A DNA stretch of 63,534 bases, the filler included, from Octopus bimaculoides (lineage: Eukaryota): NCBI RefSeq assembly GCF_001194135.2. It is 5 parts of 4 records of this genome, joined end to end, with 100 filler letters (N's around TTAATTAATTAA, not from the genome) between each part and the next. Parts side by side here need not be neighbours in the genome. Positions count along the whole stretch, not along the records: positions 16,976 to 33,716 come from NC_068993.1; positions 33,817 to 50,431 come from NC_068989.1; 3 more parts are not named here. The stretch is one strand, 5' to 3'. The position numbers and the translations under genes were made by a program. How positions within the stretch are numbered: the first letter of the stretch is position 1; every line of letters begins with the position of its first letter. The notes below the pieces were generated by a model. That model saw only the letters and a list, made by a program, of their open reading frames with translations, ran no database searches and was not told the origin of the DNA. Shown one piece after another: positions 23,378-35,287 of the stretch.

Positions 23378-23600
23378 TATGGTGGAGGCACATGGCCTAG
23401 GATCTAGATATTATAGATATTAGTACTAACTTAATCATAGTGGAGGCACGTGGCCTGCGAGGTAAGGCTGTCGGAATCTCTATCATAAAGGTCATGGGTT
23501 CGATTCTTAGACAAAGCATTTTTTGCCATTGAGCAAAGTGCTTCAGTTTACTCTACACCAGTAAACACAGCCGTAAATGAGAACCAGCTTAGTGCATGTA
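23378..23600 (+). mobile_element. SINE (family C group) with duplicated head
   Basis: GTGGAGGCAC(A/G)TGGCCT occurs twice (23380, 23440); B-box GGTTCGATTC; TTGAGCAAAG core. Confidence 0.55.
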
Positions 23601-24065
23601 CAGTATTCTCTTCCTCCAGCTGCCGCATCTAACGTGTTCCGTTGGGTCAAAGGAGGGGATACCCAGAGAGTGAGTGAGTCTCGTAATAACAACATAAGCA
23701 TTTAGAAGATATTTACGAGAGCGTCATACAAGCCACCAAGACATTGCTCGCTTACGAGTGACGGTTAAACGTTTACCAACTGAATGCATTGTTGTTGCTG
23801 TTGTTACTTCATGTGCAAACCAACGCGGAATCATGAAAGCTCTAAACAATTCTATGTTTCTCTCAGTGTTTGCTTTTATTCATATAATAGAATACAACAG
23901 GCGTCGCAATGCTACACATTTCAATAGAAATTCTCTAAATAAATTCTTATACTCATTAGAAATACATAGCGAGTTGTATGACAATAGCTCCAAATAATAG
24001 TCAGAAAATATATATATATACACATACATACATACATACATAAATTTATAATGATACATACACAC

Positions 24066-24096
<31 letters not shown>

Positions 24097-24118
24097 CATA
24101 CATACATANNNNNNNNNN

Positions 24119-24155
<37 letters not shown>

Positions 24156-25459
24156 CGTTACTATGGAATATGCTATAGAAATTGACGGCCCTACAACTGA
24201 AAGTGCCGACGTCACGTTGATTTTTATTTGACTTAAGTACTTTTAGGACTAGGGATTACAATTATGGATGTTAATGGGAATTTTTAGATGTGTTGGAGTG
24301 GCACATAATATATTCAAGTGTTGAATAAATTGGTTTCATGTTTATAAGCAACGAAAACACAATTGCATAGTTTCACTTTTCTTTATTGTAAAAAAACCAG
24401 GCAGGCTTTGCAATGTTATAGATTCCCGAAATATATGTATGTGTGGGGGGGGTGCATGTGTGCGCGAGCGAACGTTACGACTGTGTGTGNNNNNNNNNNN
24501 NNNNNNNNNNNNNNNNNNNNNNNNNNNNNNNNNNNNNNNNNNNNNNNNNNNNNNNNNNNNNNNNNNNNNNNNNNNNNNNNNNNNNNNNNNNNNNNNNNNN
24601 NNNNNNNNNNNNNNNNNNNNNNNNNNNNNNNNNNNNNNNNNNNNNNNNNNNNNNNNNNNNNNNNNNNNNNNNNNNNNNNNNNNNNNNNNNNNNNNNNNNN
24701 NNNNNNNNNNNNNNNNNNNNNNNNNNNNNNNNNNNNNNNNNNNNNNNNNNNNNNNNNNNNNNNNNNNNNNNNNNNNNNNNNNNNNNNNNNNNNNNNNNNN
24801 NNNNNNNNNNNNNNNNNNNNNNNNNNNNNNNNNNNNNNNNNNNNNNNNNNNNNNNNNNNNNNNNNNNNNNNNNNNNNNNNNNNNNNNNNNNNNNNNNNNN
24901 NNNNNNNNNNNNNNNNNNNNNNNNNNNNNNNNNNNNNNNNNNNNNNNNNNNNNNNNNNNNNNNNNNNNNNNNNNNNNNNNNNNNNNNNNNNNNNNNNNNN
25001 NNNNNNNNNNNNNNNNNNNNNNNNNNNNNNNNNNNNNNNNNNNNNNNNNNNNNNNNNNNNNNNNNNNNNNNNNNNNNNNNNNNNNNNNNNNNNNNNNNNN
25101 NNNNNNNNNNNNNNNNNNNNNNNNNNNNNNNNNNNNNNNNNNNNNNNNNNNNNNNNNNNNNNNNNNNNNNNNNNNNNNNNNNNNNNNNNNNNNNNNNNNN
25201 NNNNNNNNNNNNNNNNNNNNNNNNNNNNNNNNNNNNNNNNNNNNNNNNNNNNNNNNNNNNNNNNNNNNNNNNNNNNNNNNNNNNNNNNNNNNNNNNNNNN
25301 NNNNNNNNNNNNNNNNNNNNNNNNNNNNNNNNNNNNNNNNNNNNNNNNNNNNNNNNNNNNNNNNNNNNNNNNNNNNNNNNNNNNNNNNNNNNNNNNNNNN
25401 NNNNNNNNNNNNNNNNNNNNNNNNNNNNNNNNNNNNNNNNNNNNNNNNNNNNNNNNNNN

Positions 25460-25510
<51 letters not shown>

Positions 25511-26304
25511 ATCGATCAATCGCTCTATCTACATGTACATATATATATATATGTATGTATACAATTGAATGGAACAATATCATCGAGATGGTGCTATATT
25601 AGCTATTGAAAAATACTCAATACCCAATGCACAGTCTTATTAATTCCGGGTTTATTACTCTTTCGTAATAATACAGTGAAATAAATATCTGTGACTATCA
25701 GATCGTGGATTATCAACAAGACAGCTTGCTATTTCATGATATATTTACTAAGATTTAAAAAAATAATATCAAAAGCAGGAGCGTATATGTTGCTGGTCAA
25801 GTGTCTTTGAAATAGTTTAAGTGAATAACTATATTGCAGTACAGTTTTACTTTCAAGATAAGATCTCCCATCTGTTCAAATCATGAATATCTTTGTGCGC
25901 GGCGGGTGATTTGTGTGTATATGCGTGCATCCATATATGTGTCTGTGTGTATGTATGTATATATATATAAGCAACAGGATATCAAGTAGTGATGCAGTAC
26001 GACCGTTTCAAGCGGATCCATTTAATTGAACAATGCAATCATTAGGTCAATTTAAATGCAGGGCTATCATCAGCTGCATAGATAACTAGAATTTTGATCA
26101 GTCGGACATATTAATATAATTTTACTCAAATACTTTAACAGAACAAGAAGATGGAAGAAATGTTGTCGCTATTGTAGTTAAGAGTATACTACACTTCCAA
26201 GAAAGGCATGAAGCTAACTGGGATCATAGCTTGTAAAGGATTGTGGTTCATTTATATATATATATATATATNNNNNNNNNNTTATTATTATTAACAACAA
26301 CGTC

Positions 26305-26365
<61 letters not shown>

Positions 26366-26368
<3 letters not shown>

Positions 26369-26518
26369 TCGAAAAATACCTTAGGAATGAGAACCCAGAT
26401 TCGAAATTTCACCAAGACACCTGATGAAGGCTGGAGGGTATATCAGCCGAAACGTTGTGTTAACAACAAACAAGATGAGGACAAAATATCCGTCAAATGT
26501 AAATAATGTAAATAATAT
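26366..26518 (+). mobile_element. Solo PLE pseudo-LTR-like fragment between (AAT)n and (TA)n
   Basis: Contains a hammerhead motif, ends in TGTAAATAA repeats and is flanked by microsatellites, which is typical PLE context. The family assignment is inference. Confidence 0.6.
26416..26461 (+). ncRNA. Minimal type I hammerhead ribozyme candidate
   Basis: GACAC-CTGATGA-A-GGCTG(GAGGGTATAT)CAGCC-GAAAC-GTT-GTGTT: intact core, 5-bp stem II, palindromic AACGTT stem III. Confidence 0.8.
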
Positions 26519-27049
26519 ATATATATAATTAAGTCAGACAAACGGGCAGACAGAGACAGACAAACAGACAAGCAGACATATAGAGAGAAAAAGAAAGAGA
26601 GAGAAAGAAAAAGAGACCGAGAAAGTGAGAGAGAGAGCAAGAAAGAGACGATAGATATAGACGATGCAAATTTTCTTTAACATTTCTCTGCTGTACCTTT
26701 TCGAAAAACCTGTAATACATTACAAAATAAACAAGGTAAAAACAAATATCAGTTTTAATTATTTTGTTCAGAATGATATCTATAAATTTTTCACCATTGA
26801 ATATATTTCGTTTAATCACCGTTATATACTCCACACTTTTTTTTTCTTTATTGGTGAATTGGTAATTGAAATTTAAGAGAAAAGTCGTGGTGGAGTACTG
26901 TTCTTCCTAATTAGCTGAAAACACCACATAATTCTGACACTGTTCTCCCACATAGCTTATTGTTGTTCAGTTAACTTATTGTTGGTTCGTCAGAATCGGA
27001 GAGTGTCTGAGGAATGCTTTGTACTACGTAGTGATACAATTTTAAATTC

Positions 27050-27450
27050 ACATTTCAAATATCATCGCGTTGAAGCCGCTTCAGATGTCTGAAAGCGAGG
27101 AAGATATAAACTATTTGGAACTTTATAGATAGCATATCGATGAAGAGATCACACAAAATCGAATATAATAAGTTTTTACGCAGATTTTAAAAGTGTTAAA
27201 TGTCAAATTATTATTTACCAATGGCACGAATCTGGCTCTGTCAGGTGTTCACAGTTCTGCGAATGTTAAAAGCAAGCACCGAATGCCTGGCCGTTGAGAA
27301 CATATGGAGAAAGTTGTTGACAAATAAATGTTAATTATGATGAGATGTACAAAGACTGGAATGCTTGAAATTTTTTTCTATATTTGAATATCGGGTGTCT
27401 GGAGTTAAATTCAAAGAAGATAAAATATAGTTCGACGCTAAAACAAAAAC
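27050..27450 (+). pseudogene. Possible very old mariner N-terminal relic
   Basis: Weak resemblance only (QW HE..S, EHMEKVVDK, NYDEMYKD), with many stops. Confidence 0.25.
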
Positions 27451-27620
27451 GAAACATATATAAAAGAAAAAGAAAAACAGAAAATATGTTTTGTGAAATG
27501 TATTTAGTAAAAAAGATTTATTAAAATTATATTACGTGATCAACGTACCAAACGAACACCTCATGTATACTGAATAGCATTCTTGGAGACACAAGGCATG
27601 TTATAAAGACCTGCCTAAAC

Positions 27621-27757
27621 ACATGTCTTCACAGTAAGAATCTATTAGTAGCTCAGTACTAGTAGTTGTACATATATACACACACTTATATATGTATATA
27701 TGGTTTGAAGTGGTTGAAAAGGTAATACAAGACAACAGTTTACTGCAGATTCGACTG
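27621..27757 (+). repeat. 137-bp direct repeat, copy 1
   Basis: Matches 28622-28758 except for one T/C difference. Confidence 0.95.
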
Positions 27758-27925
27758 GCCTTTATTCAAAATCGATTTGACAATTCGCTAGACGAAACTG
27801 CTGCAAAGTGCAATCTTTTCAATTTAATTAATATTGCTTATTTTGCTCTGCCTCCAACACAGGAGGCCTTTATAAACGCTGTTCACATCTTAGTACAAAC
27901 GTGTATGCATAAACGTATGTGTTAC

Positions 27926-27965
<40 letters not shown>

Positions 27966-28310
27966 AATAATACGTATATATACATGTAAAAGCGCGCGTG
28001 TGTATGTGTGTGTACATGCATTGGCGTGTGCATGTGATATAAAAGAAACGTTGGTGCGGCTAAGTCAAACGGAATGGAAATGGAAGAAACAGAAACATGG
28101 ACACAACTCGCCATTCATTGGCTGTTGACTTAAGGTCATAATCGTTTCTATGAGCATGGATATGAATGTTTGTATCTGTATATATATACATGTGTGCGTG
28201 TGCGTGCGTGCGCGTGTGTACATTTTGATATATATATATATATTCATGTATGCTCATGTATCTAACACTATTCAATTTTTTTCTCCGTGTTTTTCTCCTT
28301 GTCTCCGTAT

Positions 28311-28347
28311 TCTTTCTGTTGAAGAGCGTAGCTCGAAACGTCAAAGA
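28311..28347 (+). ncRNA. Minimal hammerhead-like motif (core variant CUGUUGA)
   Basis: TCTTT-CTGTTGA-A-GAGC(GTA)GCTC-GAAAC-GTC-AAAGA: stems I and II are perfect and the GUC triplet is present, but core A6 is U. Confidence 0.6.
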
Positions 28348-28621
28348 CTTTCCGTATTCCCGAGCGTCATACTAATACATCCTTTTGTTATTTACACCAC
28401 CTGTCCTCGTCTGTTGTTGTTTTTTCGTATATTCTCCCNNNNNNNNNNNNNNNNNNNNNNNNNNNNNNNNNNNNNNNNNNNNNNNNNNNNNNNNNNNNNN
28501 NNNNNNNNNNNNNNNACCTCGATATTATGTAAATAGAAGAATTTAACTATAAATATATAATATAGGACAATCAGTTAGTTGTCATAATAATACTCAGAGT
28601 TTCAGATGCCGGGGCTAAAAG

Positions 28622-28758
28622 ACATGTCTTCACAGTAAGAATCTATTAGTAGCTCAGTACTAGTAGTTGTACATATATACACACACTCATATATGTATAT
28701 ATGGTTTGAAGTGGTTGAAAAGGTAATACAAGACAACAGTTTACTGCAGATTCGACTG
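28622..28758 (+). repeat. 137-bp direct repeat, copy 2
   Basis: Offset 1001 nt from copy 1. Confidence 0.95.
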
Positions 28759-29444
28759 TTATAAAGACAAAAACGCGATGAAAAGGCATCAGTAAACGGC
28801 GGTGGAGTTGTGAGAAATGGACCTGGTAGCGGTCTGTTATCATGCCCTTCGTTATTAGATCATAAATCAGAAAAAAAGAGCATACCCCATAAAATATAGA
28901 GCAGTTGTTTATTTTTGTATGTGTAAAGTTAGTTTTAGAAAAAAAAACATTGGTTTCATATCTAGTGTGTATGTATGTATGTATGTATGTATGTATGTAT
29001 GTATGTATAAGCAATTGTGTGTGCGCATGTGTTCATGTGTACGTGTGAGACATCCTATCTCCGCTTTAACAACATCACGGGCCCTCGTCTGCATTTGGCC
29101 GGGTCCAGTTTGCTACAGACATTCAGGCCAAATCTTCAATGTGTAGCTAATCTACCTAGACCAAAGTTGGAAAGCCTGAAAAATGTTATAAACGCTTCTG
29201 TTTCTATATTCATTAAGCTTTATAAAAACATGAAAATCGAGAACCATATATTTATCCTTAAAATCCTCTCTTTGACGCTGAACGTCTTACAAATTTGCTT
29301 ATTCTAACCAAAATATTAGAACTCTAATTCCTTGCGAGTCACAAACCTTATCTCTTCTGTATTAAAAACACTTTATTGAATATATTTCTATCGACTTACA
29401 TTACGCCTTTGTCCACGAAAACCAATGTTTAAATTGATTCTGTT

Positions 29445-29800
29445 TTTAAAATTTGCTTATCAAAGACGTGCTGCACCAACATTTTTCGAATTCTGTTTTC
29501 TATTCAATACACTAACATTATCTATTTGAAAACAATAACAGCACTTTATTGATTTCATTTCTTCCAAAGTATATCACACCTTTTCTTCTCAAACTACTTT
29601 GTTTGACTCGAAATGTGTTGCAAATTTGCTTATCAAAGACAAGCCATGTGCAAAAACCTTAGTATTATATTTTCCGTTTATGCCACTAAAATTAACAAAT
29701 TAAAAGAAAAAATTACAGAACGCAATTTTGCTGCCAACATACAATCACACTTTTTCTTCTCAAACTTCAATCTTTATCACGAAATGTGTTTAAAAAATTT
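29445..29800. repeat. Degenerate ~172-bp tandem repeat (about 2 units)
   Basis: AAATTTGCTTATCAAAGAC at 29449 and 29622; ATCACAC(C/T)TTTTCTTCTCAAACT at 29573 and 29744. Confidence 0.7.
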
Positions 29801-30211
29801 CTATCCTAAATAGTTTCTACGCAAAAGGTTACAATTCAATTTTCCTCTAGCTACACTGGTGTTAACTCTTCCCTTTCAAACACAAACAAAATCAACTACA
29901 GATCTCATTTCTTCTGACATAGATCAAGTCTTCTCTACTCCTCCAAATCTAGTTTATATTTCTAAAGTGGTTTTTATCGTTCATTTATAAACGTTACGTG
30001 TTCTTCAATACCAATTCTTGACTCAAGCACGAAACGTGAATAAACCTGGGTTATCAATCCATAGGTTTATGTCATCATTTAGTAAAAGCCAACAACATTT
30101 GAATGAGAAGTGAATTAATCGATTTTTGCTTTTCAGCTGTATAAATCCTTACATGCATTATATATGCGTAAATCTAATAAAAATGATTATACGTCATTGT
30201 ATAGTGAAGGA

Positions 30212-30460
30212 ACTTGGCTTAATTGTTAGGATGTATCACTCAAGATAGTAAGATCATAGCTTCGATTCCTGGACCAGGCAGTATGATGCGTTCTTTAGCA
30301 AGACACTTCGTCTCCAGTTGCTCTGTGACCCCTTCAGATCTAACGCGTGGCACATTGTGATTCTATACAGGCAATGTCGATTTTATGAAGGAAGTAAGCT
30401 AATACACAACACAAACATTTGATCATTCTAAAACAAATTGTCAGTACAGGGTGCTCAGTA
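30212..30460 (+). mobile_element. Degraded SINE (family C group)
   Basis: GGCTTAATTGTTAGG head, TTCGATTCC B-box, GCGTTCTTTAGCAAGACACTTC core, CGTGGCACATTGTG. Confidence 0.6.
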
Positions 30461-30559
30461 ACACCCATCTGTCATTTTCATAAGGGAAGTCCACAATGTG
30501 TGTGTGTGTGTGTGTGTGAGTTTATCTGTGTGTGTGTGTCGTAGTTCGAGAAAAATAGT

Positions 30560-30830
30560 TTCTGCAATTTCTTGTAGGACAAGCTACACAGATGATTTGT
30601 TTGCAGTAATCAAATGCTTGTGTCGCACATCAGCGCACTCCCTCCATTATCAAATGGATATTACCTTCACGGGTGCACATTGTGCCACACGTCAGATGCC
30701 GAAGCTTTCGCTGGGCAACGTCAGATGAAGGTTTTGCTCAAGAAACACGACTTACCGCCCGCTTTGGGCATCGAACCCATGATCCGCGATCGTGAGTGCA
30801 AAGCTTCAACCACTTCAATACGCGTCCTCA
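30560..30830 (-). mobile_element. SINE (family C group), convergent with the previous copy
   Basis: Minus strand reads GTGAGGACGCGT..GGGTTCGATGCCC..GTTTCTTGAGCAAAACCTTCATC..GTGGCACAATGTG. Confidence 0.65.
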
Positions 30831-31389
30831 CATTTATATGCATATATGTATATATATATACGCACACATAACATACAGACATATATAAATGCACACATAC
30901 ATACATACATACATACATACATACATACATACATACATACAACACATACATACAAAATGGTGGTCTGTGAGAGAGCATTAGCGTCCCATGTTAACACCAT
31001 CTTTTATATTGTTGAAAGCCTTTATATTTCGTGCTGTAGCCTTACTGAATAGTATTTATAACTGAAGTGAATTTGCATAGATCAATACATGTGGGTTCAA
31101 ATCTATCACGGCTATTCAGTTTATCGATTAACGTTTTCTGCTGTCAAAGTTGCAAATTCAAGTGTCTTTCTTAGGTGGAAGATAAAAATTCGGCGCCGTT
31201 CATGTTGTTGTTTTTTTTTGTTTCTTTTTTCCTTTTTGTTCATTTCTTTTTGTGTATGTGTTTTTTCAAGAAGAGGCGAATAAGAAATGCGAGATGTGGA
31301 AGAACTGAATAATAAGAGAAAAGAAGATGGGATTGAGTGGAACAGAATATTTCTGTGGAATAAAAAGGCTGACCGAAAAGGTGTAGAGG

Positions 31390-31572
31390 AAAGGGTGAGA
31401 GGAGAGGGGAAGTAGAGGAGGAGGAGGAGGAGGAGGAGAAGAAGAAGAAGAAGAAGAAGAAGAAGAAGAAGAAGAAGAAGAAGAAGAAGAAGAAGAAGAA
31501 GAAGAAAAGGAACAGAGGGAAGAAAGGACAGGAAAGAAAATAAACTAATGGATTAAATGGGAAGAATATACT

Positions 31573-31631
<59 letters not shown>

Positions 31632-32180
31632 TACTACAGCAGCAACAGCAGCAACAGGAAGTTAACAGGAAAAAACTGAGGAGCAGGAGGAGGAGGAAGG
31701 AAGGAAGAAGGAGATGATGATGAAAGAAGGGAGGGAAGAAGAAGTGGGAGGAAGAAGAAGAGGAAGAAGAGGGAAGAAGAGGAGATGGAAGAAGAGGAAA
31801 TGGAAGAGGAGGAACGAGGAGTGGGAGAAAGAGGAACAGGAAGAAGAGAGGAAGAAGAGAAACAGAAGCAGGAGGAGGGGACAAGGGAGAGAAAGGGGGG
31901 AAGGAGGACGCGGAGGGTAGTAGAGGTAGGAGGAGGGAAACAGGGGAAGGAGGAGAACAGAGAGAGGAGGGGAACAGAAGAAGAAGAAGGAGAAGAAGAA
32001 GAAGAAGAAGAAGAAGAAGAAGAAGAAGAAGAAGAAGAAGAAGAAGAAGAAGAAGAAGAAGAAGAAGAAGAAGAAGAAGAAGAAGAAGAAGAAGAAAAAG
32101 AAGAAGAAGAAGAAGAAGACGACGAGGTGAAGGGGGAGGAGGAGGGTGGGTGGAGGACAGAGGGGGTGAAAGCGGGGAAG
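31390..32180. repeat. Purine-rich compound repeat: (GAG)n, (GAA)n, (TAG)n, (CAG)n, degenerate GA-rich, (GAA)n
   Basis: Direct reading; source of the poly-E/L/F ORFs. Confidence 0.9.
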
Positions 32181-32304
32181 TGAAAGTAGGTTGGTTGTAT
32201 TTAATGTTGTATGTCCCGAAGTAAATGGTCTGTTTTTTTTTTTGCTTTTTTTCACCCTTTTTTTTAATCAAGAGTTTCGGGAGAACTTTATGAAAAGCCA
32301 TGAC

Positions 32305-33300
32305 ACGGTATGTATACGTGTGCGTACGTATATCTATGTGTGTACGTGTGCGTACGGATATCTATGTGTGTACGTGTGCGTACGTATATCTATGTGTGTG
32401 TGTGTGTGTAACTACGTGTATTTGTGTGTGTGTGTGTGTATGTGCATGCGTGTATATCTATGCACATATCAATACGTATCTATATGTGTGTGTGTGTGTG
32501 TATCTTTATCACCGTTTCTNNNNNNNNNNNNNNNNNNNNNNNNNNNNNNNNNNNNNNNNNNNNNNNNNNNNNNNNNNNNNNNNNNNNNNNNNNNNNNNNN
32601 NNNNNNNNNNNNNNNNNNNNNNNNNNNNNNNNNNNNNNNNNNNNNNNNNNNNNNNNNNNNNNNNNNNNNNNNNNNNNNNNNNNNNNNNNNNNNNNNNNNN
32701 NNNNNNNNNNNNNNNNNNNNNNNNNNNNNNNNNNNNNNNNNNNNNNNNNNNNNNNNNNNNNNNNNNNNNNNNNNNNNNNNNNNNNNNNNNNNNNNNNNNN
32801 NNNNNNNNNNNNNNNNNNNNNNNNNNNNNNNNNNNNNNNNNNNNNNNNNNNNNNNNNNNNNNNNNNNNNNNNNNNNNNNNNNNNNNNNNNNNNNNNNNNN
32901 NNNNNNNNNNNNNNNNNNNNNNNNNNNNNNNNNNNNNNNNNNNNNNNNNNNNNNNNNNNNNNNNNNNNNNNNNGGATATCTATGTGTGTACGTGTGCGTA
33001 CGTATATCTATGTGTGTGTGTGTGTAACTACGTGTATTTGTGTGTGTGTGTGTGTGTGTATGTGCGTGCGTGTATATCTATGCGCATATCAATACGTATC
33101 TCTGTGTATTTGTGTGTATGTGTGTGTGTGCGTGTAACTACGTGTATCTGTATGTGTGTGTAATTATGTGTAGATGTGTGTGTATGTACATGTGTATATC
33201 TCTACGTGTATATCTATGTGTATCTCTGAGTATGTGTGTGTGTGTGTGTATGTGTGTGTGCGTGTATGTGTGTGTGCGTCTATGTGTGTGTGCGTATGTG
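32305..33300. repeat. TG/TA-rich minisatellite with 30-bp unit (GTGTACGTGTGCGTACGTATATCTATGTGT), spanning a gap
   Basis: About 3 units at 32310-32400. The block 32357-32480 recurs at 32974-33105 after the gap. Confidence 0.75.
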
Positions 33301-33511
33301 ATATGTGAAGGTGTTTTTTGTGATCTTTTGGTTAATTTTGGTTTACTGGTTTACTTCCCCCGTTTCCCTAATTCGCATGCCTTTATTTTATTTTTTATTT
33401 CTTTTAATATTCTATTTTTATTCACCCCAAATTAATATCATCCAATTAACATCATGCTCGCTAATAGAAACATATTTGCTAAACACACATACATGTTTCT
33501 GCTTTTCGTTT

Positions 33512-33575
<64 letters not shown>

Positions 33576-33716
33576 TACTACTACTACTACTACTACAATC
33601 ATTACTATTATTATTTAATTATTACTATATTTATGATTATTATTTTGTATTATTATTATTATTATTATTAATAATAATAATAATAATAATAATAGTAGTA
33701 GTAGTAGTGGTAGTAG

Positions 33717-33816
33717 NNNNNNNNNNNNNNNNNNNNNNNNNNNNNNNNNNNNNNNNNNNNTTAATTAATTAANNNNNNNNNNNNNNNNNNNNNNNNNNNN
33801 NNNNNNNNNNNNNNNN
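33717..33816. other. Artificial scaffold linker N44-TTAATTAATTAA-N44
   Basis: Motif at 33761-33772. Confidence 0.9.
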
Positions 33817-34669
33817 TGTCCCTTAAACCTTAGTAAACCCATAAACTAATATAAATCCTATACTAATTTTTTTTCACATTATAAAAATAAACCTTAAATT
33901 TTATGTGTCTTCTAAATAGTATTATTATATATATCAGCTAAAATTTTAAAATCATTTTTTAAAATAATTCAAAACAATTTTCATGAACCCAATATACTTA
34001 ATATCCTTAGACTTTACACCTTATCTATAGCCTCTGAATTCAATGCTGACATTACTTCATGCTTTTTATTTTTATTAGCATACCTCTTATTGTTAGAATA
34101 TTGGTTATACTAATATTGATATCTGTAAAACAATACTGATGCTCTATTCAGACTAAAAAAAAGCCCTGTTTGACCTATATACCTAGGGTTTAATTCCTCA
34201 ACATTTTGATATTAGTGATAAACCCCCAACCTATAAGAGTGTTGCCACTCTGTCCAGAGAAACCTTTATAACCATATCTTTTATAGCCTTGTCCATGCAT
34301 AATGCTTACACCTTCCCTTTCCTTAGAAGTGATTGTCCCTCATACTATTACTACTAAATAAGAGACAATAAAATCAGAGACAGTTTAGAATTTTTGCCTA
34401 GAACCAATTACTAGCCTGATAGACTTGGCTATGTCAAGATGGATTTTTATGTATTCTTCCTCCCACTTGGATTTGAAATGCTGCCACAATTATAATATGT
34501 CTATTCTACTGTAATTTTCTGCATTTTCCTGCAGCTGAAGATTGCTCTACATATTGCATTTAATGTAATGCTCGCATTACTTAAATAAATGGAGTNNNNN
34601 NNNNNNNNNNNNNNNNNNNNNNNNNATATATATATATATATATACAAATTGTTGTGCTACATGTATATA

Positions 34670-35287
34670 TATATGTTGAAACAGGTGATACGGGAAAGTG
34701 CAGCATTGACGACATAACATTTGTGGAGTAAATTTCAAAGCCTTGTATAAGCGACAATTTCAGTGTAGCACACCAATTTGGACAGAATTATCATTTTTAT
34801 AAGACTGGGTTGGATCATATGTGGAAGCAGCTCCAGATGTGAAGAAAGGAATTTGTACGTGGTCTACTTCTGAAACCTATTCTGTTGGATCTCTGTGTAA
34901 TCTGGCGTACTAAACGTTGTTTTAATGATTCATCATTAAGTACTGCAGCATGCCTTTGCTGATCTTGAGAAAGTTTCACCTCCATTCTGTCTTGAGACTC
35001 CATCAGACGCGCTGCAGCATACCATTGCTGATGTTGAGATGAGAAAGTCTCCTCTTCCTTCTCTCTTGAGACTGTACTTGACGGGCTGCTGCATGCGTTT
35101 GGCGTTCTTTGGAAAGTGTCTTGTCCCTTCTGTATTGAGACTCCACCTGACGTGCTGCAGTATGCCTTTGCTGATCTTGAGAAAGTCTCATGTCCCTTAT
35201 CTCTTGAGACTCCCGCCTTCAGTTTTCTACATTCCTCTTTGCTTTTTAGGTGTTTCTGGAGAGATTACGTTTTTTCTTTGGTGGCAT
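34670..35287 (-). pseudogene. Helitron RepHel N-terminal region with 69-bp coding repeats
   Basis: ATG at 35287 gives MPPKKKRNLSRNT*. Repeats of ESQ..R..RLSQDQQRHAA follow, then YDPTQSYKNDNSVQIG..C..YKALKF, the degenerate Zn-finger lead-in typical of Helitron N-termini. Confidence 0.72.

Noticed and set aside
25994-26052. Minus-strand CTAATGA...GAAACGGTC as a fourth hammerhead
   Set aside because: The core is mutated, stem II is poor, and a UH triplet cannot be placed together with a stem I. It is at most a decayed relic.
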